Shown here: positions 23,160 to 34,732 of the stretch, piece by piece | How the letters are laid out: every line of letters starts with the position of its first letter | Position numbering within the stretch: the first letter of the stretch is position 1 | Origin: Podarcis gaigeae | Lineage: Eukaryota | NCBI GenBank assembly: GCA_964106915.2 | Contig: OZ066923.1 | Length of the DNA stretch: 64,000 nucleotides | Reading direction: 5' to 3' (one strand) | Translations under genes and position numbers: made by a program | Notes under the pieces: generated by a model | What the model saw: only the letters and a program-made list of their open reading frames with translations | Databases searched by the model: none | Told to the model about the DNA's origin: nothing

Positions 23160-23626
23160 TGACCTCTTAGATACAACAGCCAAATGACATCCTTCTAGTC
23201 TTGAAAAACAACATCACTTACAGTATTGATTCCCCTCCCAGCAATGTTGCATTGACAAAAGGCAGCAGGGCTCTCACTCCGGCGGTTATGCTCTAATTGT
23301 TGTATGGTACCAAAAACATTTGGAGCAGAGTTCAGAAGACGCAGACAACCATTTCTAACCGGAGTATCATTGGTACCTCCTGCAGAGAAGTGATTTATTC
23401 ACACGCAAAGCTACCACCCAACAGAAATCATAGTGGTTCAATGTCTCATCTCCCATAAAGGCAACCAAGTAGTAAACAAGCTGGGGAGTATTGGGGAAAA
23501 TGCAACTGAAGCCTTTGCTGGAGCTTGTCACTTCCACCCTTACCTCTGACCATGAGGGTGACATCCTTTGGCACAGCAATTAGGGACTAAGAGTAAACAC
23601 ATATTTCAGGGACTGTTGTGGTCTAG

Positions 23627-23839
23627 TTACAGATAGGTAGCCGTGTTGGTCTGCCATAGTCAAAACAAAATAAAAAAATTCTTTCCAGTAGCACCTTAAA
23701 GACCAACTAAGTTAGTTCTAGGTATGAGCTTTCGTGTGCATGCACACTTCTTCAGATTCTTCAGGTACGAAAGCTCATACCTAGAACTAACTTAGTTGGT
23801 CTTTAAGGTGCTACTGGAAAGAATTTTTTTATTTTGTTT
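23627..23839. mobile_element. Penelope-like element with inverted pseudo-LTR pair
   Basis: Begins GTTACAGATAGGTAGCCGTGTTGGTC; perfect inverted repeat 23661-23735 / 23767-23841; 13-bp TSD TGTTGTGGTCTAG at 23614-23626 and 23840-23852. Confidence 0.92.
23722..23759 (-). ncRNA. Minimal hammerhead ribozyme motif with weakened stem I
   Basis: Minus strand GAAU-CUGAAGA-A-GUGUG-CAUG-CACAC-GAAA-GC-UC^AUAC; one mismatch in stem I at the inversion junction. Confidence 0.75.
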
Positions 23840-23889
23840 TGTTGTGGTCTAGACTCTCTACAGCCCATCCTAGTCCATTAGGGGGAAGT

Positions 23890-24308
23890 GTAGGGATGGT
23901 GGAAAAAATTCCTTTTCTTTCCTTTTCTTTTCGTATTTTTAAGGAGTTCCCAGACTTTTACCCAGTTTGGAATGCACTTAATCTGAATTTTGCAATTCAG
24001 TTTCAGTTCACAAAAATGTGCATCAAGTGCACATTTTGTAGACAAAATGCATACAAAATGTGTGTTTTTAGAGTGAAAATGCACAGAAAAGCATTTTGCT
24101 GGGTGGGGAGTCCATGGGAAATGAATACAGAATGTATAGGAAAGGCATATTTTAAAGCACTATAATACAAAAATGTCTTCAATTTAAATGTGGATTGTTT
24201 GAGTTGTTTAGGAAAAAATCTGCAGAAAACAGAACAGGATGGAATTAAGACTGAAAGTGGATTGAAGACTGACATAGAATGGAAACAGGCTGATCTACCC
24301 ACCCCTAG
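23890..24308. mobile_element. Old non-autonomous DNA element (TAGGGATG...CACCCCTA)
   Basis: Short inverted ends and AT-rich AAATGCA repeats; similar pieces near 11980-12310 and 39365-39540. Confidence 0.45.
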
Positions 24309-25053
24309 GAAAACATTACTCACAACCACCTTTATATATATTTTTTATCAATTCCTCCCACATTTACACTTAAAAAAATGCATAAGACCCCTAAGAATCA
24401 AATTACAGCATTGATTTTAAAAACTGTTAATCAGTAAAAAAAATTAAAAACCACCCCCCACCCACATATAAAGTATATTATACCCTGATCTTAGAGGCAG
24501 TGAAAATATCAGTCTCTTAATTCTGGTTCCAGCTTTCAGCAGCAGAGCTCATAGCAGAGGCACCACCTTGTTAATGTGACTGGGGGGGACAACGTCACCC
24601 GGGCCAACATCGCATCCAGAAGTCACAAGTGCTGACGTTGCATGTGTGATGCCTGAACATCACACCAGGTTGGAAGAGCCAGGAATGTGGTGGAGGCACC
24701 GCTGCCATGGCTGGCAGCTTCTTCACTGCTGGCCCCACCTGCTGCCTCCTCCAGCTGCTTCCTGCTACTTCCCCCTCCTTCCCCTCCGTGGCAGAGAAGG
24801 AGGAGAAGGAGCTGGCCACTGAAGCCATGCTGCAATCGTGTTCCTGGCTTCTACAACTTGATGCAATGTACATCGAAGGGCCCAGCCCCCTGCAAACAAA
24901 TATGGGGGGAGGGAAGGGTTTGGCCTCCAGGAGTTGGCACCCCCGACACTCTGTTTATGTGACAGGGCAGGATAGTCTGGTGCTTGTGAAGTCTGCTGTC
25001 CAAATTCCCAAATGAGGCAGGAAAGCAAAGACTTCGAACTTAATATGACCAGT

Positions 25054-25400
25054 GTAAGGTAAAGGTACTCCTGCCTGTACGGGCCAGTCGTGTCCGACTC
25101 TAGGGTTGTGCGCCCATCTCACTTAAGAGCGCTGTCTGGAGACACTTCCGGGTCACATGGCCAGCGTGACGAAGCTGCTCTGGCGAGCCAGACCAGCGCA
25201 GCACACGGAAATGCCGTTTACCTTCCCGCTATAAAGTGGTACCTATTTATCTACTTGCACTTAGGGGTGCTTTCGAACTGCTAGGTGGGCAGGAGCTGGG
25301 ACCGAAAACGGGAGCTCACCCCACTGCAGGGATTCGAACCACCGACCATACAATCGGCAAGTCCTAGGCACTGAGGTTTTACCCACAGCGCCACCCGCGT
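25054..25400 (-). mobile_element. Sauria SINE
   Basis: AAGGTAAAGGTA tail on the left, CAGCGCCACCCGCGT head on the right; B box GGTTCGAATCC on the minus strand. Confidence 0.93.
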
Positions 25401-26140
25401 GGGTGCAGAAATAATAACATGAATACAGTTTCTTTGCAGTCATGGAGTTTGTAGTCTGCATAAACAGTTGTGTGCTAGCATATAAAACATCCCTAGGCCG
25501 GGGGGGGGGAGGGGGGAGAGAATTAGGATTGCTTGTTGTGCCAAGAATGACAGAACACTTTTAGAACTGACATGCAGCGGAGCTGACAAATGTCCCTCTA
25601 CAGCTTCAGAATGAAACCCCACATTAACAGAAATCCTAATAATAAATCAAATTTTCTTTTGGATAAAAATTTATGGCCACCCTACTTCTGAAGTAGGTGT
25701 CATATTCTTGGTTTTGAGTATCAGCCCCTATCTCACACCAGAGCTGCCCTACTAAGACCACTACTCTCTACATGGAATGCTTAGAAAGTTGCTCCAAAAT
25801 AGCAGTCTTAAGTTTAAAGCTACTGTGGCACATAGTTTATTGCTGAATAAACTGTAAGGGATCTAGTGCTTTGTTTAGTGCTCATACAGAAGCTGAGCTA
25901 ATCTAAAAATCTGGCTCTAGGGGACACATTCTAATTCCACAGAAGATGATTGCAATTCTCATTGACTTCAGTAGGACAGCGATTTGGCCCAAAGGATACA
26001 TTACCATTTTTTAAAAGGATACATTATTACAGTGCACAGATATTATGTATTCAAGAAATGCCTATCACATTTGCAATTTAAAATTACACCATAATGATGC
26101 TTCAGGAATCTACACAGAGAAAGAAAAGAGCACTGAGCAT

Positions 26141-26141
<1 letters not shown>

Positions 26142-26172
<31 letters not shown>
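26142..26172. repeat. (CA)n microsatellite
   Basis: Direct reading. Confidence 0.95.
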
Positions 26173-26175
<3 letters not shown>

Positions 26176-27057
26176 GCTCAAAATGATTGGAAAAGGATTA
26201 GGTACTGGGAACCCCAACAGATATAATAGCATGTCCACATCTGAGTTTCTCATAGGACTGTGTGAAATTCTGCCCAGATTTGCTAACTTGTTTGTATCTG
26301 TTGGCAAATTTGGGGGAAAATTATAGCAATTTTTGTGGACTGTGGGACAGGGCTCACCACTGGTGGCAAACACAGCACTCCCTTTTAAATTATGTGTCTG
26401 TTTTTAAATTTCTGCACCCACTCACTGGTGGGCACCATTCTTCCCTCTAAAGTGCCCCACAGTGGAAGGGGTGGACAGCGAAGCCACAAGAAAAATGTAC
26501 AACATGGACTTGGAGGCACCACAGTTGTAAAATGAAGCTGGATTGGAAACCAAATATTTTATTTATTGAATTCTATCAAAGCCCACCTCCTAGGTCACTC
26601 TGTGACAGTGATGGCATAGAAGAAAGCTGACTTCTGTGTCACCATTACATCTGCTCAACACCACCATCTTTTGTGTGCTTGTAGGCCTCTTTTACCAAAC
26701 TGTCCGTAACCTTATTGTAGCCTGCCGTGAGCAGTTTGAATTGCCTCTAGTCAACGCAATTGCCAATTTCCATCCATTTCTTTCTGGGCTCAGTTTACTG
26801 GAAACAAATGTCTCCCTGCTTCCAGCACCATCCATGAGTTAGGGAGGCAATGGCAATACTAATACAGGGAGGGCAGAGGGCACATGCCCCCTCTGCTTCC
26901 CACCCCACATGTTTGTTTCAGGGCACTTGGGCTGGTGATATGCAGTGATATGGAATATTAGCCTCAATCCAGCCAAATTAAAGCACACAGTTTAAGCACA
27001 CAGCTTTATCATTTTAATTAATGGTACCTAAAACTGTGTACCTATGATGGGATCATG

Positions 27058-27302
27058 CCTATCATTTCTTTTTCTGATAGAGTTACAAGCTTGGTGGATC
27101 AGGGGAATGCTGTGGATGTAGTGTATCTTGATTTCAGTAAGGCTTTTGACAAAGTCTCCTATGATATTCTTGCAAGGAAGCTGGTAAAATGTGAGTTGAA
27201 TGAGGTAACAGGTGGATTTGTAGCTGGTTGACTGACCAAACCCAAAGAGTACTCATTAATGGTTCCTCATCATCCTGGGAAAAAATCAGAAGTGGGGTGA
27301 CA
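27058..27302 (+). mobile_element. CR1 internal RT fragment
   Basis: DRVTSLVDQGNAVDVVYLDFSKAFDKV, then after a frameshift WLTDQTQRVLINGSSSSW. Confidence 0.92.
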
Positions 27303-27335
27303 CACTTTTATCTCTGGAAGGTTGCCCAGATAGGA

Positions 27336-27395
27336 CTGTAATCCTCAAGCTAACAAACAGCATTCCTGTAATCCTCAAGCTAAAAAACAGCATTC
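27336..27395. repeat. 30-bp tandem duplication (1 mismatch)
   Basis: CTGTAATCCTCAAGCTAA(C/A)AAACAGCATTC twice. Confidence 0.95.
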
Positions 27396-30300
27396 CTCCT
27401 TGCATTACTGGTTTTTAAAGATGCAAGTCTCCTGGTAATATCATGTCAACTACAAGAGAATTATTCTTCCTCCTCCACAACCACTCTCTGCCAGCTGTGG
27501 TCAGTGGGAGCACATAGGAAGGTATATGACTGGAGAAAGGTCTCATTCTGCCCCACCCCACCTGTCAAACTGTGAACCAGGGATGGTGGCCCTGTGACCC
27601 TGCAGATGTTGTTGGATTATGACTCCAATCATCTCTGATTTTGGCCAACATCTGGCAGGCCTTAGGTCCCCTTCTGCTGCTGTAGATGCAACACTTGCAC
27701 AAGGGCAAAATCTGTGCACCAACATCTCTTCCCACCATCAAACATGTAGTCTTCTAACTAGGATGACTGCCAGTGAACCCATCCATAATCAAGATAGATG
27801 ATGATGATGTACTGCAATTAGTTTTCAGTGAGAATTTTGTCTCAAGGCGTTCCATGCAAGACAGCAGATTCACTTTGATGCCATCCAAAATCCCACATAT
27901 CATTATACAGAGAATATATATTTTTCTTTTTCTGAATAAATTATTGTTTAACTTTATACATGGTGCCCCCAGGCCATCCAGATGAATGGGATAACAAAGC
28001 ATATAGATGAAATCATCAGTTTCAAAGTTGTAGCTGTTCTAGTATGGGGGAGTGGAAGATTGTGTGGGTTTGTTAATGCACTCTGCCACCCCCCAGATGA
28101 TTGCCAGAGCAGGAATAGATCCTGCTGTCCACTGCAGGCATTCACAAACTAGCATCTTTTCTGGTCAGGAGCAAATGATGAAGTGGGTTCCAGAATACAA
28201 AAGTTAATTCCTTAAAATTATGTTCATCCAATACAGTCTTCTTCAATCTGGAGTCCTTCCGATGATATGGACTACTACCTCACAGTTGGGGTTGATGGGA
28301 GTTGTAGTCCAAAACGTCTGGAGGGTGACAGTTTGAGGTACTTCAAGACTCTCTGGGCTGCCTTTTTATTTCATACTATGGGTCTTTGAAGAATATGAAA
28401 AATAAATGCTGAATTATAGGTTTCTGTCAGTATAATCTTATGCAAGTCTCCTCAAATCTTAGGCACGTCTGCTCCAAAAGGAGCCCCGTTAAGTTCAAAG
28501 AAAGCACATATAGGATTTCTCATGGCCACAGTGTAAGCACTCAGAAGTAAATTGACTTGAATTTATTGGGGTTGACTTCTGCAGAGATTAAGCCATATAG
28601 GGACTCCTTTTATAGTCAGCAGACTGAATTTACAACACTGAAAGAGAAGTTTAGAATTGTGAATAATTATGCTAAAATCCAGCAAGCAGCATAATTTGTC
28701 ATAAAAAGAAACAACATCCCTACATCAGTACAGTGTCTACCCAGCATAACATCCAATGGCTCAAGCTAATGTTCCAATAAAGCAATTTGATGCAGCAAGA
28801 AGGAGCTGAAATGTGCACACAAGATGTGCGCATATTCCAAATATTTTCTGAAAATATCACAGGTATTGCCGTGCATGTAATTCAGCTGTGCGATACTGGT
28901 TGATAACATTAAGAACAAGTTTTTGTCAACTAATCAGAAAGATAATAGGGCATTGATTATAGTTTAGAATCTAACCTGCATTACTTTTCAGCTACAGTAA
29001 ATTAGAGGATTTTTGTTGTGGTGGTAGTAGTTTTATACCCTTGCTGCAGATGTGGATGTTTGGTGGTCCTTTAATGACATTGTCCATTACACAGTACAGA
29101 GATTGTGTTATCAGAATATTAGTTTTCAACGGAATGGTACTTCATTACAATCTAGCAGCATATAGGATATCCTTTCACATAAATGTATACTGCAAATAAA
29201 CACGTTAACAATATGCTGTTCATTACAAAATCAATAGCTATGGGGAAGGCGCAGAGCAAGGGACCATATACTGCAAGACTTCCTGTGAAAAGGCACAATG
29301 TTCTCTGTCTGCTCTGTGCACAGAGAGATGTTGACTTCTCTCCTCAACATTTCACCGACCAGTGAGGCCAGGTTCATCAGCTCAAGGCTCAGGGGGCAAA
29401 TTCTGGCCCTGTCACCTGTGCCCATTTATTTTGTTTCCACGGACCAAGGGTATTCCATCTTGGTCTTGCCTTCTGCTTGGTTACAAATACAATTCTTACA
29501 ACGCACAAGAGAAGGCTTAATTAGGCCTGGTTTCATGCTCAGATTTCCTCATGGTTGGCTGAGTGGCACTTAACTCACCTCCCAACTGGCTTACTGGGAG
29601 GTAGAATGAGTTGGCAGTGGGAAGGTCAGGACTTTTGATGTAAGGGAGGCTCTAGTTATTTATCTTTCTACTTTTCCTAATTTTCACTAATTTCCAGGGG
29701 TGATGGTGGTCCTGTACATCTATTTTATCTTCTTAACACTTGCCAAATCCTTTTTGTGCTACTGAGCTTATGCAGGCAATTAAGAACACATCTATCTGTA
29801 ATACTTAGTTGATGAGCCCTGATTTTTAATTTTTATTGCATCAATACAGTTGTAAACTGCTAAAAAATGATACAATAGTATATATATATATATTTATAAT
29901 TCCCCCCCCCCAAAAAAAAACCCAGAGCTGGAATGTTTAAACATTTTAAAGTGTCTTTCTGGGCATGGTACAGCTCATTTTATGCTGCTCATATAAGCCA
30001 ACTTGCTTAATTTCCACGATTCACCCTGTTGAGTCTAATCAAAGTCTCTAACTGGAGAGAGAGGAGCACAGTTCAGAGTGCTGGTGGGCTAGACGTATGC
30101 TTTGGACTATGAGCAGGAGTTTATAATTTAATGTAGCTGGCTGAACAGAAGACTTCAGGGTCCCACTTCCAACATCATTTAATGTCAAGCTAATACATTA
30201 AAAATGGGGAAAGTCTGTCTTAAAACAGAAAACCCCCCTCCATCAAAATGGAGTCATGTCTAAGAAAAAAAAGTCTTTATAAATGAAAGCTTGATGGAAT

Positions 30301-30611
30301 ACATTGAAATGAATCATTTCCCCCCAAAGCTCAAAAATCACAGAAAATTGGTTTTTCCTTAGCAAATGGAAAAGTCCAGCAACTGCATAAGGAAATATTG
30401 AGAATACAGAACTACCATATTTTGCCCTGAGAGATGCTTTGTCTCATTTGGTTCTCTAGGTGATTGTGGGAGGAACCAGCTCTGAAAACTCTTTTGTAAA
30501 GTCAATCCCTGATTGACTGCTAATAAACATAAAGGGGCTGCACCAGGAATTCAGTTTCTGTCTGGTTACAGATTATTTGTTTATGTACCTGTAATCCTTT
30601 CTCCCTGTGAA

Positions 30612-30755
30612 AGCCAATGTTGCATAGTAGCTACATAGTACTGGACTAAGATTGGCAAAACCTGGGCTCATTTCTCACCTGGGGAAGCTTGTGCCAATTA
30701 TGCTCTGTCAGCCTAAATTACCTCACGGGGTTGTTATGAGGATAAATGGGGAACA
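30612..30755 (+). mobile_element. Old MIR-like/CORE SINE
   Basis: Decayed tRNA head plus TCAGCCTAA..TACCTCACGGGGTTGTTATGAGGATAAA core. Confidence 0.65.
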
Positions 30756-30866
30756 AGCCAGGTCTCAATTTTTCGCCCCCTCTCCTCGGTGGCCTATATA
30801 GGGGAACCACCCGCACCACCCTAAATCTAGCACTGTCACTGGGATCTCAATGCAACTAACTGCATC

Positions 30867-31013
30867 CAGTGGCGTAGCATGGGTTGTCAGCACCCGGGGC
30901 AAGGCAAGTAATTTGCGCCCCCTAACCCATGGATTTGCGCCCCCTAACCCTAACCCCCAGATGTTGCGCCCGGTGCAGCCGGGCCCCCCTGCACCCCCCA
31001 CGCTACGCCACTG
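30867..31013. mobile_element. hAT MITE with CCCTAA hexamers
   Basis: TIR CAGTGGCGTAGC / GCTACGCCACTG; perfect 8-bp TSD ACTGCATC. Confidence 0.93.
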
Positions 31014-31689
31014 ACTGCATCTAGATTCAACGCATAATAAATTATAACTTCACAAGAATGATGCTTTACAGAGCTGGGGCAATGATGGTGGGAAGACTGT
31101 CCCAGGTTCCCGGCATACTGCATTTCTTGTGGTGCCATATGTTGAGTGGGAGGCTTCTGTGTGGCAACACCTTGAGCACACACAGCGATCTATGAGGATC
31201 AGGAATGAGGGTGGAAAGATACAAAGGGCTGCTTTTGTTTAGCCTTGGAAGCACATTGCTAAAAAGCAAGGCATTTTTAAGAGCATTTCTGATGGCAACA
31301 TTTTAATGCCGCAAAATAACTGAAAGATAGTCCATAAAATACGATAGTAGGGAGGACTGGCCCTCTTGCGCTCATTGGATAATAATTTCATCAATGATAC
31401 ATACCCAGCGAAAACAAAAACAAAACACTTGTGAGCTCTTTCTTTACCAGATGAAGAAGATTCAGCCTGTGGGGCTCAAAAGGCAAGATGAACGTCCTTC
31501 TAGTTTTAAAGGGTCTCAGGTAGCACAGACAAAAAAGAATAGAGGCCGTGGGCCAGTCAGAGTGGACATTGCAGGGAGAGGTAAACCAAGACAGTTTGCA
31601 GCCTGAAGAGAAGGAAAAGGAGGTGTCTCTCCAATTCCATGTGGGCACTTACTGTTCCCAACCCTAACCCTGCGGAAAGCCATCTAATT

Positions 31690-31938
31690 AGACTTTACTT
31701 TAACTTTGAGCTGCTTTTAGGAGGTAATTTATTTATTGTTTGATTTTATACTAATGTTTTATACTAATGTTTATTGTTGTTAGCCACTCTGAGCCCGGCT
31801 TCGGCTGGGGAGGGAGGGATATAAATAAAATTTTATTATGTTATTATTATTTTTATATATATCTGATGTTAGCCACCATGAGCCCGACTTCGGCTGGGGA
31901 GGGCGGGATATAAATAAAAGTTGTTTATTATTATTATT
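31690..31938 (+). mobile_element. L2 3' end with a duplicated terminus
   Basis: GTTAGCCAC..TGAGCCCG.CTTCGGCTGGGGAGGG.GGGATATAAATAAAA(TTA)n occurs twice (about 31779 and 31868); same terminus as 2455-2540. Confidence 0.85.
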
Positions 31939-34559
31939 AAGGGAGAATATGTGTGTATACATCTATTGTTGTTTCATCAAATATTAATCCCAATTTAAGA
32001 GGCTCTGAAGAGATTTCTTGAAGCTTCATTTTGAATGTTAAAAACTCCAAAGTTAAAAAAAAGACAAAGTAATAACTTTAGGATGGATTTTAACTGTTAC
32101 ATTCCTTTTAAATATAATGAGAAGCCTTTTGGACCACAGAAGGAAAGAGTCCTCCTCCATTTCTTCTCTCCAAATTCCATTTTCGGTTCATAGAAATGAT
32201 TAAACGCACATTCCCAATGGTCTGGTCTACGTACAATAGAGATACTGAAGCAGAACTATTGATATTCTCTCATAAAAATGAAAAGGCATTTAAGAAAGGT
32301 TATGGAGATCTCACAAAGAATACAGAGTGAACCTGAATAATGATAAGAGTATGGAACCAACAAAGCCACCACAAAAATCCAATAGAGCAATGGCTTTTAA
32401 AGGTAATAACATTTATGGATCCAGCTCAATTGTCTGAAATGGTATAAATGGCAAAGCTCCTAACAGTTGAGCTCAGGTTTTTGAGAAAGCATACCATAAC
32501 CAGCTGGTAGATTTAGGGAGGGGAAAATAGTATTATGCTAAAATTAAATTGCTTAGGATCTCAATGACTTCTTTTATAGAGAACAAAAAGCAGTAAGCAT
32601 GGCATTTAATTAAAGGACCCTGTGTTTATGGGTTTTTAAAATGTTTTCTCTTACTGAGCAACTAGAGATTTAACCATATGCTTACTAATTATATATTATG
32701 ATCTGTAAGTAATTATTTTATCTACCAATAATTTCAGTTGATGGATGTTCTACATAAATGAGGTGTTCACTTGTTAACAAACTATCTGTTCTAAATTACT
32801 ACATTGAATCTCTTCATGTTGAAGACAACACATGGTACCAGGAGTGAAACACTTTGTTTGAAGGTACTATGAAATATCTGAGAGCTCCACATCCTTTATT
32901 CTCTCTTGCATGAGACAGCTGAGGAATGGAGGAGGGAGAAGGGAGGGTCACTTAAGAATTTCCCTTCCTTTCTTCCAGTGCCCCCAACTTGTTCTTCCAA
33001 ATGCCCACATTAACCCCGTCCACTTCCGCCTGCCACTTCCATCTGTCACTCCCCAATTCCTACTTCTCTCCAACATTCTTCCCCTATCACCGGAGCCCTA
33101 AAACTGTCTCCCTCTCTCCGACCTTTCTGTTCACTTCCTCTCATTTCCCAAAAAGTCACCTTTACCCAATACCACCTGCCCCTTCCTCAGTTCTGTCTTT
33201 CTGGTCTCCCCTCCCCCGTCACCAGAGGACTAAAGCAGTCACACACAGAAAGGCGTTCCCTTGACCCCCAAGTATCATTAATTACAGACATGAGTCCCTT
33301 TCTTTATCTTCCTCCCTGTTCCTTCACCCCCTGCCCCTGCCTTTAGGACCTTGAGAAACAAGAAATGAAAACATATCATTAAGACTGAGTCTTATTGTCC
33401 CACAGGAAACATAGTCTGACACCCCTGGAATCTCACAGCACTTGAAGATGGGGCAGAGTGTAATGGTATACGTAGTAAGATTTGCATTTGTCCATCGCAT
33501 CACAGCAACCCACGTTTTCCAGGTGACGTATGATTAGGTTTAAAACAAAAAATAAAGACATAACCTGTGGCATATTCACTTTCTTTTACTTTCGGATTGT
33601 GGGGGCTGCTGACTATCTGTGATAAAGTTTGTGTCTCTTTGTTACAAAATGAGATGGCCATATAATGTTTCTATTATCTGTCACAGGCCAATTCCGACAA
33701 AGAACTTCAATTGCAGCAGTTATTGTGATTGAAGTGAATACTGCTAATGACGGAGGTATTTGAGCATGAATACCCTACTACTAGATTAATTCAATCACCA
33801 AATGCTTAAATTAGGTTTGCATCCATTGTTAAAGGCCAAGGAAACAGCAAATTAAATCCAGCCTGCAGAGTAGCTGATAGAAAATGAAGGATGGGGTAAA
33901 ATATTTTCAAGAATTATACTCAATCAAGGGGAAATTGTTTTTATTAACTTCTGACATCACTTTGATTTTCATTGGAATGAGAGTCACTGATGGTGCTTCT
34001 CTGAGACAAGATTGTGGGGCACTTTTGAATTAATAGGGTAATATACAGATCACACTGTCTTTCATTGAGGGCAAACCTTAGGCATAAATAGCTAAAGAAT
34101 AATCAGACAGGGAGACACATTGCTTGAACAGGAGAACCTATGAGCTAAGCCAAAAATTGCATTTCTCCTTCTCTCCATGAAAATATTTCCAAGCCAACAC
34201 ATCTTTTCAGCCTAACCAACCTCTCAAGGTTGTTGTGATATAAAACAGGAACAATCAGAGCCATGCACACTGCCAAGAGCCCCTTGAATGACAATAATTA
34301 AAATCTAATTAACCGACTTAGTATAAGTTAACAAAATTTCCATGTGGGCAGGTGTCACATGGACAAAAGCAATTCCAAGTGCAGTGCCTGTGATTGCAAT
34401 GCCCCCCCCATGCGATCAGAATGGTGGCAATTGCTGCCAGGCCCCCTTGAGACTACAGGATTCACATACTATTTTACTCTGCATGAATGTGCATTCAGGG
34501 GCGCCCAGGGCCACCTACAGGACAAATGTATGAGTTGTATTGTGTGCTGCTGTTCTGCT

Positions 34560-34732
34560 AGTGCAACAGAATTCCACTCGTGCAGTGGAACTTCCCTCCC
34601 CTAAGTCTCATCTCCCTTCACCCTCCAAATCTGTTCCAGAGGGTTGGGGAACCCTCCAGAGCTTACTTTGGGCATGCACAGGGAGAGGAGAGGAAAGGGA
34701 AGTTCCATTGTGTGAGTGGAACTGTTTGCACA
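34560..34732. mobile_element. Hairpin MITE
   Basis: TTCCACTCGTGCAGTGGAACTTCCCT pairs with AGGGAAGTTCCATTGTGTGAGTGGAA; central GAGGGTT / AACCCTC. Confidence 0.65.

Noticed and set aside
21513-23183. 556-aa ORF as a host gene
   Set aside because: It is truncated L1 ORF2; the apparent start lies in the flank outside the TSD
31451-31519. Possible plus-strand exon after TCTTTCTTTACCAG
   Set aside because: Weak donor, unrecognised peptide and no supporting neighbouring exons
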